A DNA stretch of 64,000 nucleotides from Felis catus (lineage: Eukaryota): positions 5,518,001 through 5,582,000 of the forward strand of contig NC_058368.1 of the NCBI RefSeq assembly GCF_018350175.1, in the 5' to 3' direction. The first letter of the stretch is position 1, and each line of letters starts with the position of its first letter. Under the pieces are notes generated by a model. The model saw nothing but the letters and a program-made list of their open reading frames with translations. It searched no databases and was not told the DNA's origin. This document shows, one piece after another, positions 25,732-38,734 of the stretch. The translations under genes and the position numbers were made by a program.

Positions 25732-28700
25732 TGACGCACGTGGCCTCTCGGAAGCAGGGGGCACCTTGCAGGTGGAGGTCCTCATGCCGAGCCACCGGTG
25801 CACGGAGACTCTGCATCTGGCCCGAGTGGAACTTTGCTGTCACTCACACCCCGCGCCCCCCAGGGTGGTCAGCGCCTGGGCGGCAGATGCTTGCCCCTGT
25901 CTTGGTGGCCCCTGGGACGTTTCTAGGCAACCCAGTCATCCTTATCTTCCCTAGAATGAAAGGGTCTGACTTCTTGCTGTATTTCTCATGGAACCTGCAC
26001 GTTACCCAAGCACGGATTTGTCACTTGTGGGCTATTTGGACCATACTATTTCAATGGGGAAGGCTGGGGAGTAAGCAACTAAGGTAATTAAAAATCTCTC
26101 TTGAACTCACTGGGTTGTGAAGCTGGTTTTCAAGCTGTTGAGTCAATTGCAGGTGGACTTACTTTACTTATTAGGGGGACTAGAGCAGGAGAAGGGTGGG
26201 CCCAGGGAAAAGTGGAACGGGCCCTTTCTGTGTGAGCTCAGGGGGAGTACCAGCAGGACAGCTGTGCTGCAAGGGGGTGGCTTTTGAGGCCGTCTTGACT
26301 AATACGTTTCCAAGTGTGTTTAGAAAGGAGGAAGCAGCCGGTCGCTCCAGAGAGATAGAAAAGCAATGTTAATTGTGGACGGTGTTAATACGGCATTCTG
26401 TTACGAGTTATTTTGTGTCTGATTTCTCAATGCTTGGCAGAAATAATAACCAAGGCGTAGAGCAACGTTTTCTGATGCGGATCTTTAATGTACTCAGCTC
26501 AGGAAATTTAACAAGTGGTTTGACTAGCCATTTCTTTACCAAATTGTCTACCCTTTCCTATCAAATATTCGGGTCAGACACATAGGTTCCCATCACTCAC
26601 TCTGTAACTAAACTATTAGTGGGTAATTTTCCTGAGTTGTGCAGGTTGTTCCCTGTACAAGGCTGCCCAGCCGAAGGGGTAAATGGGACAGAGATGTAGG
26701 AAAACCAGGAAGAAGAGATGCGTTTTGCTAATTTGCACAAAGGCAGTCTACTCACCGCGTCTGCTCGTCTTGGGCTGTAGTAACACAGTTCAGTCCATGC
26801 CAAGTAAGAACTTCTAGATATGGCGGGTTTCACAGTTTGTGTCTTCCTTTTGTCTGCGTTATTACCGGGGTTTTTTGGAGGGGGGCACTTAAATATGTTT
26901 GTCCTTCTGTTTCTGTGACATGTTTTTCCCTCTGTGATAGGAGTCACTCCCGAGTGTCACTTGGGGTCATAGATAATCAGTGCTGTGGTCTGCAGGAGTG
27001 TAGGAATCCCTGCTCCCACGTGCCATCCGAAGTTTTGCATGCACTTTCAGCTCCTGTAGCACTTGGCCTCACAAGATTTCTTAACAATCTGTTTTTCCTC
27101 AAAATCAGCAAATTACAGATAGTCTAGACTTCTTATCAGGACATTTTACATGAAGCCCCCAACCCTCTGGCTTCCCAGAACTTCTTCCCAGGAAGTGCTT
27201 AGTCATTTACACCTCCTATCTTGCCCCCCCGCCCCACCTTTTTTTTAAATTTCAAGAGGGCTAAGGATGAGAAGAGTATAATTTTTGTCTGTCTGGAAAA
27301 TTCTATCTGGAATGAAACCCTGAAAAGGCCGTGTGAGTTCCTTACATTAATTTTTCGATTGTAGCTGAGCCACAGCGGTAAACGGTCTTTTGTAAACAGC
27401 CTTTAAAAACATTCTTGGTAACATTTAAAAATGAAATAAAGGCTCCACCGCTCTGGTCTCCATTTTCTATTTAGTATTCCTAGGAGATTTAATTCGAAAA
27501 CCAAGAGAACAAAATCCTCGCCTGCGCCCGGAGCATTGACTCGGTGTGTATATAGCCTCTGTGCCACCAGCATGCACTTTAAGTGTAATTTTAAAAACGG
27601 GAAATTTTAGTGTGTTTTGAACCGAAAGATGAAAGCTTATCGAACTTTGATTTGCTCCTTTGCGATGAATAGTTTTGCATTCTGAGGGTTACCTTGTAGC
27701 TAATGGAGAAGGAATTCTATCGCGTATTACTCTCAAATGGTTTTCTTGTAGCTCAAGGAGAAACCCTTGGCGACAACCAGTAAGTTCTCGTCTCAAACGA
27801 CCTCTGATATATATACTATCAGTCATTTAAAAATAGAGTCTAGAGGCAATTTGGCGGAGTGACAAAAGACGCACAGGTAGGCATGTGCACGCACACACGC
27901 ACACACACACTTAGAGTCTTAGGCATTGCCGTGAGGATTATGGTGATTTGAATTACCAGTGAAGATCGTATGGTAGACCTGTGAGCCTGTGATGCTCACT
28001 TGGTCCACTGACCTATGAAACTTGATTTTCCTGCGGGACCCACGGCTCTCTCCTCACCTCAAGACGGAATGCAAACTGCAAGTCCCTGCCACTCTCGTCC
28101 CCTGCTCGCTTAGGCATATTCTTTCGGGACCCTTTGCTGTGTTTACGGACATGTTCACATATACAAGCAAATCAGTGTTTTTACACACAGGTCCTCATGC
28201 TCTGTAATACGGTCTGCAGCTCATGTTAGACCTCACACCGTACTTTTGGGACCATCCCCATCACTACACACAGGTTCATCGCGTGCTGTTTCACAGAATA
28301 GCTTCTTGATCTGTTTCACCTTTCCCAGATTGATGATCAAGTCCTCTCCCTCCCACCCACAAAAAGCCTTGCGGAATAACAGCTTTCCCTCTAAGTAGGC
28401 CATGAATACTCGACCGAAATGATAGTGATCTAATTCGAGCGTTGCCACCACAGTGCCTTGACCGTCACGCACGATCAGTTGATAAGTCTGTACCACGGGC
28501 TCCTTCTTGCTGACAAACCTTAGTGCTATTTGACGTGTCATGTAAAATTTCTTCGGGCCGAAGTAACATTATAAAATAGGAACAAAACAATGGGATCAGT
28601 GATTTCATGGTCACCCTATTATTAATAGGCAAAACAAAAGATGCATAAACCTTGGCTCTCTGTTCCCTCCACTGCTGCCTGTGTTTAGCACTTCTTGCCT

Positions 28701-28869
28701 GCATGATAGCAAAGACCGCTAGCTTTGCTGCGTCAACCGTCTGTATGCAGCCCGGATGAGCCTTCTGACATACATTTGACTCATTCCAGTGACTGGCACA
28801 GTTTCTGGAACATCGACACTCAGAAATGGTGGCAGCGAGTAAACAAATGTCACTGCCCCCCTCAGACTC

Positions 28870-29027
28870 AGACAAGCAAAGGAGGGGCAGAGGGAGAGAG
28901 AGAATCTTAAGCAGGCTCTGTGCCCAGTGCAGAGGCGGACGTAGGGCTCGATCTCAGGACACAAGGTCATGACCAGAGCCAAAATCAAGAGTCAGATGCT
29001 TAACCGACTGAACCACCCAATTGCCCC
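28870..29027 (-). mobile_element. Can-SINE (tail lost)
   Basis: GGAGGGGCAGAGGGAGAGAGAGAATC...GCTTAACCGACTGAACCACCC. Confidence 0.85.
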
Positions 29028-29226
29028 ATCCTCGAACTCTTCAAGGTTCTTATGGCTCCTGATGGAATCCCCAGGTCTGCCTTCCTGCCCCTGCCCCTCG
29101 TGGTCTGGATCCCGATTGTCACCGGCCTTATATTTCACTCCATCCCTCCTCATCTGTTATTAGTGCTGCTAATGCACAGTAAGATACACCTTTACTATGC
29201 TTACGGTTCTATGCATTAAAACTGGA

Positions 29227-29423
29227 TTTTTTTTTTTTTAAAGTTCATGTGTTTTTGAGAGAGAGAATGCAAGTTGGGAAGGGACAGAGGGAGCGGGGAG
29301 GAATTCCAAGCAGGCTCTGCACCAACAGCACAGAGCCCGACGCGGGGCTCAAACCCACAAACTGTGAGATCATGACCTGAGCCAAAGTGGGACGCTTAAC
29401 CAATTGAGCCACCCGTACACCCC
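29227..29423 (-). mobile_element. Can-SINE
   Basis: Antisense, full-length; TGGATTTTT occurs on both flanks. Confidence 0.9.
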
Positions 29424-29569
29424 ACATTGGATTTTTATCATTAGAAACCAACGGGCAGTTTTCTGTCTGCCTCTCGTAGATGATGCCCAGACTATCACAA
29501 AGAGTGTCTGGAGATGGGTGATGATGGCTGCTCAATGGTGTGAATGTGCATTAAAACGTGATTGGGATA

Positions 29570-29752
29570 GGGACGTCAGGGTGGCTCCGTCTGTTGAGTG
29601 CCCAACTTGGACTCAGATCTGTGAGTTCGAGCTCCGTGTCGGCTCTGTGCTGACAGCTAGGAGCCTGGAGCCTCCTTCACATTCTGTGTCTCTGTCTCTC
29701 TCTCTCTCTCTGCCCCTCCCTCCCTGCCCCCCCCCGCCAAGAATGAATAAAC
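29570..29752 (+). mobile_element. Can-SINE (host of the nested insertion), itself inside an L1M 3' relic
   Basis: SINE head GGGACGTCAGGGTGGCTC; the tail is interrupted and resumes at about 30040. Flanks at 29500-29560 and 30050-30100 resemble an L1MB 3' end (GGTAAACTTTATGTTATGTGTATTTTACC). Confidence 0.85.
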
Positions 29753-30029
29753 TTTTTTTTTTAATGAGTGCTCTATGCACTTTATTTTATTTAATTTTCA
29801 TGACACTTGACCATTTTTTTTTTTTAACGTTTTATTTATTTTTGAGACAGGGAGAGACAGAGCGTGAACGGGGGAGGGGCAGAGAGAGAGGGAGACACAG
29901 AATCGGAAACAGGCTCCAGGCTCTGAGCCATCAGCCCAGAGCCTGACGCGGGGCTTGAACTCACGGACCGTGAGATCGTGACCTGAGCCAAAGTTGGACG
30001 CTTAACCGACTGCGCCACCCAGGCGCCCC
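29753..30029 (-). mobile_element. Young SINEC_Fc-type SINE with an extra 51-bp 3' segment and a second poly(A)
   Basis: SINE 29814-30029, non-SINE segment 29763-29813 and T10 at 29753-29762; TSD core ATGAATAAAC at 29743-29752 and 30030-30039. Confidence 0.88.
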
Positions 30030-32108
30030 ATGAATAAACATTTTAAAAAGATTAGTATGGTAAACTTTATGTTATGTGTATTTTACCATAATAAAAAAAC
30101 ATGCCAAAAAATTTTAAAAAGAACATCACCAGCACTTTGTTGGTTGAGTCACGTGGAGGGAAACAAAAATGTGTAGCCAGGACCCTGTGCTTTGGAGAGC
30201 TCACTGAAGGTTTTTTCAAACCTTCGATGTAGTGTAGTTACGTAGTTTTGTTTACGTGTAGTTTTGTTTTGTATCAGCGATCAAATGCTAAGTTTGTGGC
30301 TGTGACCAGATGACCATATTTCTCAGAAGGTAAATTTCCGCTGGGGGCTGGACCATGCAGAACATCTTAGCCTTGTGGGGCAAACGGGGCTCTTGTCAGC
30401 CAGCTAGAGGGGGTGCGTTCCTTGTGTGTCAGAGGTAGGGATAAAATTAGCGAAGGCAAGGAGGTAGGGTTGGGTGGGATATATGAGTGGCCAGAGAAGG
30501 GGATCTAAATAACTAGACAGGAGTTTTGTTGCTATTAGAAGCTGGGGTTCCTTTTTCATTCCGGAATAAGCGAGTGACATAGTAAAAGCGATTTCAGAAA
30601 ACTCCTATGTCAATATGTAGGGCAGATGGCAAGCAGAGACCTTTAATGTAATTTTGTAGTTTTAACCTGGAGCATAAATCATGACCATTATGTAACTATT
30701 TCCCAGCATAATTTATAAGCAGAAAGGAACAACTGATTTAAAAAAAAAAAAACAAAAAAACAACTCTTTGATTTCCACAATGGTAGGCATTTACCGTAAA
30801 TGTAAAGATGGGGGAAAAATCCGTATACATTTTTGAAGCCCTCATGCGACTGCTTGGTGATAATTCCCAGAGAGAGAAGGGTCGATTAAATCCTTTAAAG
30901 TTCCTACGCTATTTAACAAAGTAGGGGTTCGCTACTCAGAATTTCCTGAATAGGGTACAAAGCCTAAGAAAGTTTCAAAGCATAACAGCTTCCGCATGTT
31001 AAGCATTTACTAGGTGCACTGGTTTGTCCTCAGACTTTCTGAACCCCTAGGGAAAGGTAATATTCGGAATGGAGAAAAGTTTTAACGATAATAAAATTCA
31101 AATAGGAAAATAATAGGGAAGTTACTTGACTTTAACCTGCATTTCAAAAAATTACGATACAGATCCCTTATCAACTTTGATGTGTGATGTAAAGACAAGA
31201 CCCCAAATCATCTTTGAAATAGATCAGACTTTGAAATTATGATAATTATTATTATAATTGCGATGGCGATGAGTTGGTGGCTCCTAGTGTAGAGAGTAAC
31301 AATAACTTAGGTATTGATGTGAAAAATGGGAATTTTATACTACTTAGAGTGTCTGCTTATTTTTGGCAACACGTATAAGGAATTTTAATGTTTTCTTGGG
31401 GTCATTAGACTGGCATGAGTTACTGGCCAGGAACTGGGATGCATATTTGGCATGGAGGTCTGGAAATATCACTGAATAAGACAGATTTAAACCACTGCAA
31501 TTTGAGATCAAATGCAACTAACCAACAGAATTTTGTTGAAAGCTAATTAAGACTTGTCAGTATCTGACAGGCCTAACACAAACAACAAAAAGCCTGTGCT
31601 CTAGAACGTTCCAAAATGTTTACCAGCATTTCGTTTTCCGTACCTTAAAACTAAAACAGTAAAATGAATTATGGTTCATGTATAAACTGCCATTTTCACC
31701 CAAAATATTCTCAGAGAAGTACTTCGAATTTGTTTTTTTTTTTCTGAAAACATATACATAATCTTTTTGTTGTGATATGGTTTTTTGCTGTCGGACCTCA
31801 GAGGTTTTGGGTTTTTTTTTTTCCTCCATTTTTTAGATCATTATTGTTTGAGAATAATTATATCTCAATGACTTGTAGGCGGACCCTTCTTTCATTTATT
31901 ATCTGACTAGCTTCTCATTGTGGAGCCGTAATGTGCGAGAGATGCTGTCGATTTGGTAAGCCCTGTTCCAAACTGGCATCTGTTTCCCAAGAATAACCCA
32001 GGCCGCCTTGTAAATGGACTTTGGGTAGATTTTGCTTTAAATCTTAGAGTCAACGAAGAATAGACATTTTAAAACTTTAAAATATTACCCAATAACGTTT
32101 TCTCCTTT

Positions 32109-32332
32109 TTTTTTTTTAATTTTTTTTTTCAACGTTTATTTATTTTTGGGACAGAGAGAGACAGAGCATGAACAGGGGAGGGGCAGAGAGAGAGGGAGAC
32201 ACAGAATCGGAAACAGGCTCCAGGCTCTGAGCCATCAGCCCAGAGCCCGACGCGGGGCTCAAACTCACGGACCGCGAGATCGTGACCTGGCTGAAGTCGG
32301 ACGCTTAACCGACTGCGCCACCCAGGCGCCCC
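32109..32332 (-). mobile_element. Young SINEC_Fc-type Can-SINE
   Basis: Perfect TSD TAACGTTTTCTCCTTT at 32093-32108 and 32333-32348. Confidence 0.95.
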
Positions 32333-34325
32333 TAACGTTTTCTCCTTTTAGTTACAATGCACGACTTAAACCCGCCTCGAAAAAAAAAAGAACGTATTTC
32401 ATTCTTGACACATAAGAGATCTCTTTATGGAAAGACCAAATTCCTGATAGCTAAGCTTCCCTCTTCTGTCCTGTCCGTCTGCCTTGTGAGAGGTGGCTTT
32501 AGGTTTCTTGATAAAGAGCCCTGATTTGAGGGGCTAGATTGCAGTGACGAGCTTAAAAGTTAGCATGTTAATAGGTGAAGGTGAATCGAGACCTATCTGT
32601 ACAGGCTGTGACTTCATCACATATGAAACCATCCGTTTTCTGGTAAAAGCTTTAAGCATTAGGTGTTGACGGCCTACTCGATAGCAGGTGGAATGCTGGG
32701 ACCAGGGGCCCAAACTCTGCAGAGTTCCCCCCTTGACGGGGCTGGTGGCACAGCGAGAGAAGGGCCCCCGTGGCAGATGTCTGGGGCCAGATCCATTCCA
32801 GGAACGTCCCAGCTTGTGGAGTCCGTGACCGCCTGGCCGTTTCCTGTCTGGAGCTGATAGTTACTGAGCAATCTTTACAATTTTAATATGTTGGAAGGAA
32901 AACTGTCTCAAGAATGGCTTCCCAGTGGGCAATTACAGGATGGGAATTCACCAGAAGTAGGAATATTCTGAACAGTACTCTCCCCGCCTCACACACCCTC
33001 ATTCTCCAAGCGCTCTGGGGTCCCGGGATCCAGATGAACCCGACTGAGCCCCTGCTCTTGGAAGAAAGTAGGGGATGCAGGGAAGACTGGCGCAGTTACG
33101 GTGCCGGGTGCCGGCTTACAGGAAGACCGCGCGCGGTGTGCGGGGAGAGCTCTCACAAGTGGTGCCGTCCGGCCGTGGGGGCCTCGGCTTGCCAGGAGGA
33201 ACTGAGCCAGGACCTGGCGGGATGAGTACAGGCTGATCAAGCGACGGGGGCTGGAGGAGAGACTTCCGTTGGCCTGCCAGAGAGAGGCCCGCACCTGTCT
33301 GCCCCACTTAACCCTCCCGGTGTATTCCAGCTCCGTGATAAATGCCAGAAGTCACCAGGCCCCTAGTAAACAACAGGGAAGAAGTGTGGTTTGCTGGGTT
33401 TTATGTTTCAGTAGGAAGATGGCCGCAGAAGTGACGGCACACGGGCGCAGGAATGTTCTCTCCAAGCCTGCTTGGTTGCTGCCCATTTACGGAGCTGGGA
33501 GTTTATCAGCAAAAGGTAGAGGGGTGGGGAGGGGTGACAGAAAGGCGTCTTTATAAAGCCACAGAAATATTAGCAGTCTGGAGGGATTCCCCTACAAGAT
33601 ACACCATCACTTTGAACTTTACAAAAATAGACTCTTGCTGCCTTTTCCATGTGACAGTATATGCTTTTTTAATGATGTTTTTGCAGCTGTGTTACCTGAA
33701 AGGCTCATTGTAAAGATCCAACGTTCTACCAAAAAAAAAAAAAAAAAAAAGATGTATTTAGGCCCTGATGTTTTAAAGATTGAGTCTTTAACTCCATAAA
33801 ACCTCCCCGAGGGGGGGAAAAAAGTGCGAGTCCAAAAACAAAATCAAGCAAAGGACTCACGGGGTGATGTGAACTCTGAGAGGTGGGCTGTGTGCAAAAC
33901 CGTGCCTTATTCTGGAGCGCCCATCCTTTCCTGCCCTCCTGGTGCTGTGGCAGAGACAAAGTCACCCCAGCAAGGGGGGCCACCTCATGGCCTTGTGCCT
34001 TAAAGCTCCCTTATGCCAACTTGCTTCCTTTCCTTTAGGTCCTATTGCACTCAGAGGTAACACCTGCATAATTTAGTGCTGGGTTCTCATCAGGGGGAAT
34101 GTTACTTCTTTTTACCAAATTGCTTGTGACTTCCCTAAGGGCAAGGACCCTTTCTTTCTGACTTTGCCCCTAGACCGGACTAAATACACACTGCTCAATA
34201 AACAGATAATCAATTAAACACATTTCAGTAGAGGCTGACATGTCAGAATCTCTTGGGCTCTGTGTGTCTGGGTGGAGTGGTGATGAATGTGTTTAGAATA
34301 CAAAGGATTATTTAAGTAGCATATA

Positions 34326-34540
34326 TTTAAAAATTTTTTTAACATTCATTCATTGTTGAGAGAGAGATACAGAGCATGAGCGGGGGAGAGGCAGAGAGAG
34401 AGGGAGACACAGCATCCGAAGCAGGCTCCAGGCTTCCAGCTGTCAGCACAGAGCCCGATGCGGGGCTTGAACCCACGAACCGTGAGGTCATGACCTGAGC
34501 CGAATCGGGTGCTTAACCGACTGAGCCACCCAGGCGCCCC
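34326..34540 (-). mobile_element. Can-SINE
   Basis: Antisense full-length body ending CAGGCGCCCC. Confidence 0.92.
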
Positions 34541-36054
34541 AGCGTATTATATTTCTGATTTCTGTTTAGGAAATATCTTTCTGGTCTAACTTAAATCTTT
34601 CCTTGTGGAATTTTCATACAGAGAATAGACCCTCTAAGTACGTATTAGAAGATTAATTCAGGTTTAGAATTTGTTTAACCTCATCTTTTGAGAGAGCATA
34701 AAGGATAATTTTGATTGCATTCTTTAAACACATTCCTACCTTACACTACCTTTGATTTTAGCTGAAACTCTTAGATTTTCACTCTGGTGAAAGTGATTTT
34801 TACCAGTTGGGTTTTTCTTGCCATTTTACTCTGCATTGCTTGCTCTCCTAGATTTCCTCTTGTCCTGTCTTCCACTAGTAGAGACCAGCTGTCCTAAGAC
34901 TTTTGAAATCAGATTTCCTTTAATTCTTGGTATCAACTTTGTAAACGCGTCTCAGCACAAATGCCCTGATCGTGCCTGTCTATCCATTTTCATCTCTGTG
35001 CACCAGAGTAGCACTGTTCTGAGCAAGTAAATTTCCATGACATTTGATTGCAAGTGGTTAAAAGTCCAAGATGAAGAACAGAGACTTCAGTCACAGGTCG
35101 TGGAAAAGATAAGGGGACAACAGAAAAGAGCACCTCCTGTAGCAGACGAAGGAGAAGGTGGTGGGAAGAGGCAAAGGGGGTTCATAGTGTATCATTCCAG
35201 TTACGGAAAATGATCGCCTGTTTTTGTTTTTGTTTTTGTTTTTTTGACCTCCATTTGCTTTGAGAGGATCAGGAGCAGGGACCCTCTCTTCTCCTTTTCT
35301 CTAAACTTGTCGGCCTGACTTAGGAAAGAGAAATAGATTTGGGCCCATAGTTTTGAATCCTTTTTTTTTTTTTTTTTTTTTTTACAAGCAAGCGAAGTAT
35401 GATTATAAGAATGCAATTCATCTTTCTTTTTCTTCGACTTAGGGTTTTTTTGGATTTGCCCTTTAGTTGAAATAGCTTCGGTTAAAAAAGCATCACATCA
35501 GGAAGCTCATCTCTCCTCTGGTAAATGCCTGTGCTTTTAGGTGGTAAATAATCTTCACTGCCTACTGACAACTCACTGGAGCCGATATATTGGTTTTCAT
35601 TTGAGCCACTATATTGGTTTTCCAACAGGTGTTCTGGGAGTTTAGCATGCCCTTCATTTCTTAGTTCCAGTGCCCTGACAGATCAAGTGGGCTATTTAAA
35701 GAAGGCTCAAGAAGTGATGTATGTGCTTTCTTGCCTGGTCTTTCAAAGTGAGGGGAGGCAAAGTATATTAGTGTTATTAAATTGTGCTTGTGCCCCCTGA
35801 GCAGGCCGGTGAAAGAATATTGATTAAAATGTTGGCCTCTTTCATCCAAGGATCAGAGGATGAGGTTTATTATTGTTCCTTTAACTAAGCTGCATGTTGT
35901 TTGGATGGTCGTTTTGTCAATCACTTGTCCATCTGAAAGTTGCTTCTTTATAACATTAACTACTAACAAGGAGTTTTACCTCCTTGTTAGCCTTGCTTTA
36001 TTGGTTTTCTTTTTTCTTTTGAAGGTTTTTATTAGTACGGTGCACTAGTATACC

Positions 36055-36620
36055 ACTTTATTTTTTTGCGAGGTATAATTTACATGCAATAAAATAAACC
36101 CTTTCCTTCCGACTTCGGCTCAGGTCATGATCTCGTGGTGCTTGAGTTCGAGCCCCACGTCGGGCTCTGTGCTGACAGCTCAGAGCCTGGAGCCTGCCTC
36201 AGATTCTGTGTCTCCCTCTCTCTCTGCCCCTCCCCCTGCTGACGCTCTGTCTCTTCCTTTCTCTCAAAAATAAACAAACATTAAAAGAAAAGAAAAAAAT
36301 AAAACCCTTTCTAGGGTACAGTCTGTGAGTCTCAACAAATGCATATGATAGTGTCATTGCCACGACCCTCAGAGAGCACTGCCATCACTCAAAACAGCCC
36401 CCCAACGCCCCTTCTGTAGTCCAGAACCTACCCTTACACCCAGTCCCTAGCCATGACTGGTCTATTTTCTGACCCTATAGTTTTGCCTTTCTTAGAAGGT
36501 CATGTGGGTGGAATTATACCGCTCTATGATCTTTGGCATAACCCATTCGAGGTTCATTCATATGGTGGTGAGTGTCTGTGGTTTATTCTTTTTTAGTGCT
36601 GAGTAGTATTCCACTATAGA
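36055..36620 (-). mobile_element. Ancient L1M 3' region interrupted by a SINE
   Basis: GAGGTATAATTTACATGCAATAAAAT...GTACAGTCTGTGAGT...CTGAGTAGTATTCCACT motifs. Confidence 0.65.
36108..36295 (+). mobile_element. 5'-truncated Can-SINE
   Basis: Starts at TCCGACTTCGGCTCAGG; AAAATAAA(A)CCCTTT occurs on both flanks. Confidence 0.9.
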
Positions 36621-36989
36621 AATAGGATTTCCCATGGTTGGAGAGTTCTGGAAGCCCAGTTCCACGGGGTTGTGAGCCAGGGACCAGGAAGGCACCGGAC
36701 TGCAAGTAATACTGTGGTTGCAGGAGGAACTTAGATGAAATGCGACCGGAATAGCCCTGATCATAATGGCGATGATGATGACGGAGGGATGAGTTGGCCT
36801 GGGGAACACTTTCTGCTAATCCTTCTGGGGAGGAGAAGGGCCAAGAACCCAGACTTGTCTTCTTCCAACCCCTCCTCCATCTTCTGTCTCCCTGGGGACG
36901 GCGGTTACCGACAGCAGCAATGTTAGGTTGGGGTGGGGCTCTGTAGTCAGACCGCCTGGGGGCTTTGCTCCCAGCTCAAGCCCTGCAAA

Positions 36990-37150
36990 TCTGGGCATGC
37001 CTCCTGGCTACTCCCAGCCTCAGTCTCCTTCTCTGTAAAATGGGGGTAATAAAGTGCATACGTCATAGAGTTTACGAGGATTAAGTAAAACCATACAGGA
37101 AAGCCTTTAGCATGGGGCCGACCGCAGAGAGCCCTCAAGTTAGCCACTGA
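36990..37150 (+). mobile_element. MIR relic
   Basis: GCCTCAGTCTCCTTCTCTGTAAAATGGGGGTAATAAAGT...GAGGATTAAGT MIR core. Confidence 0.7.
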
Positions 37151-37644
37151 GCATTATTTGAAGGTATTTCATATTTGACCAGTCTTTCGACTACAGTGTT
37201 GTAGGGCCTGAGGCGTTTCTAGTTCATCCTTCTTCCCAGAATAGGAATCTGCCCTGCAATAGCCAACTCTAACCCACCCTCTGCTGGGAACCTTCTAGGA
37301 GGAGGTAAGCCTTCCTTGCTACCTCTTTAGGTAGTGCTACCTTAAACACAGCTCCTGTTATATGCTGCAGTTGGATATAATCGCTGCAGAGCAAAACAGC
37401 CTTGAGTAACCCTGTTCGATTAACTTGGAGTTTGCTTGCCTCCTGCCCGTGCATTGCTACCAATTCAGGTGCTAATAAATAACTGCATGTGGTCATATGT
37501 TTATGACTGAGAAATAATTCCTCCGGCACAATCTGTGGCCTCGTGTTCTCCCTGCACCCAGGGGGTTATTTACAGATGTCGTTAATTGGCCGAGAATCCT
37601 CGATGCTGTCACACGTTGCCTGAGAGCATTTAGATGAAACACTG

Positions 37645-38081
37645 TATATACAAACCACGTGGATAAAGAAGATGTGGTCTATATATACGATGGAATACTA
37701 CTTGGCCATGAGAAAGGATGAAATCCTGCCATTTGCAGCAACGTGGATGGAACTGGAAGGTGTTATGCTGAATGAAATCAGTCAGGGAAGGACGGATATC
37801 GTATGTTGTCATTCATATGTGGATCTTGAGGAACTTAAGTCCATGGGGGAAGGGAAGGGGGAAGAATACTTACAAACAGAGAGGGAGGGAGGCAAACCAC
37901 GAGAGGCTCTTAAATACACAGAACAAACAGGGTGGATGGGGGGTGGGGGAGAGGGGAAAGTGGGTGATGGGCATGGAGGAGGGCACCTGTTGGGATGAGC
38001 AGTGGCTGTTGCATGGAAGCCAATTTGACCATAAATTATGTTCATAACAAAATAAAGAAAATTGTAGCCATTAAAAAAAAA
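37645..38081 (+). mobile_element. 5'-truncated felid L1 (ORF2 end plus 3'UTR)
   Basis: Translation WSIYTMEYYLAMRKDEILPFAATWMELEGVMLNEISQ is the end of ORF2p. Poly(A) tail present; TSD ATGAAACACTG at 37634-37644 and 38082-38092. Confidence 0.92.
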
Positions 38082-38513
38082 ATGAAACACTGAAACTGAT
38101 GTACTTGTCCCTTAAAACTCCAGCCCCTTAAACAGTCCACTCTCTGGGGGTTTGCTTGAAGGAATCCATGTGAGTTTCCTTTGCTCCCAGAGTATGAGTC
38201 TCACTAGTTTCTCTCAAGGCCAAGCCATCTCCTGTTGGCTGAAAACAGTTCTCCCAGGCTGCCCTGGACCGAGATGTATGCCTGCATTAGAGTTCAAAAA
38301 AGAGCCTTTCCTCTAGGTGAACCAAGTCCGAAGTGTGCTGTCCACAAAGACAGCGTCAGTACTTGCACGGGGCAAAGTGCTAATGCCCATCGCGGGTATT
38401 TTTCACCTGGGCCAATGGTAGCCTTAAAGTATGCAAGGGTTCTATCAATTACACCCGCCTTCAGGGTGCCCTGAAACTCATCTGCTTTGGAACCGATAAG
38501 AACAAACAACAGT

Positions 38514-38734
38514 GGGGCGCCTGGGTGGCTCAGTCGGTTAAACATCCAACTTCAGCTCGGGTCATGATCTCACGGTTCGTGGGTTTGAGCCCCACCTTGG
38601 GCTCTGTGCTGACAGCTCATAGGCTGGAGCCTGCTTCGGATACTGTGTCTCCCTTTTTCTCTGCCCCTGCCCTGTTCGCGCGCTGTCTCTCTCTCTCCCT
38701 CTCAAGAACAAACATTAAAAAAAAAAAATTAAAA
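38514..38734 (+). mobile_element. Can-SINE
   Basis: Full-length; GAACAAACAACA occurs on both flanks. Confidence 0.92.

Noticed and set aside
28233..28541. Protein-like 102-aa minus-strand ORF (MTRQIALRFVSKKEPVV...)
   Set aside because: No recognisable domain, and the DNA resembles a decayed ancient L1M 3' region. A BLASTP or PhyloCSF hit would be needed to reinstate it.
29404..29946. Longest ORF in the track (180 aa)
   Set aside because: It runs through an L1 relic and two SINEs. SINE-derived peptides such as EFEPRVRL and GRGRERGRHR recur throughout the track.
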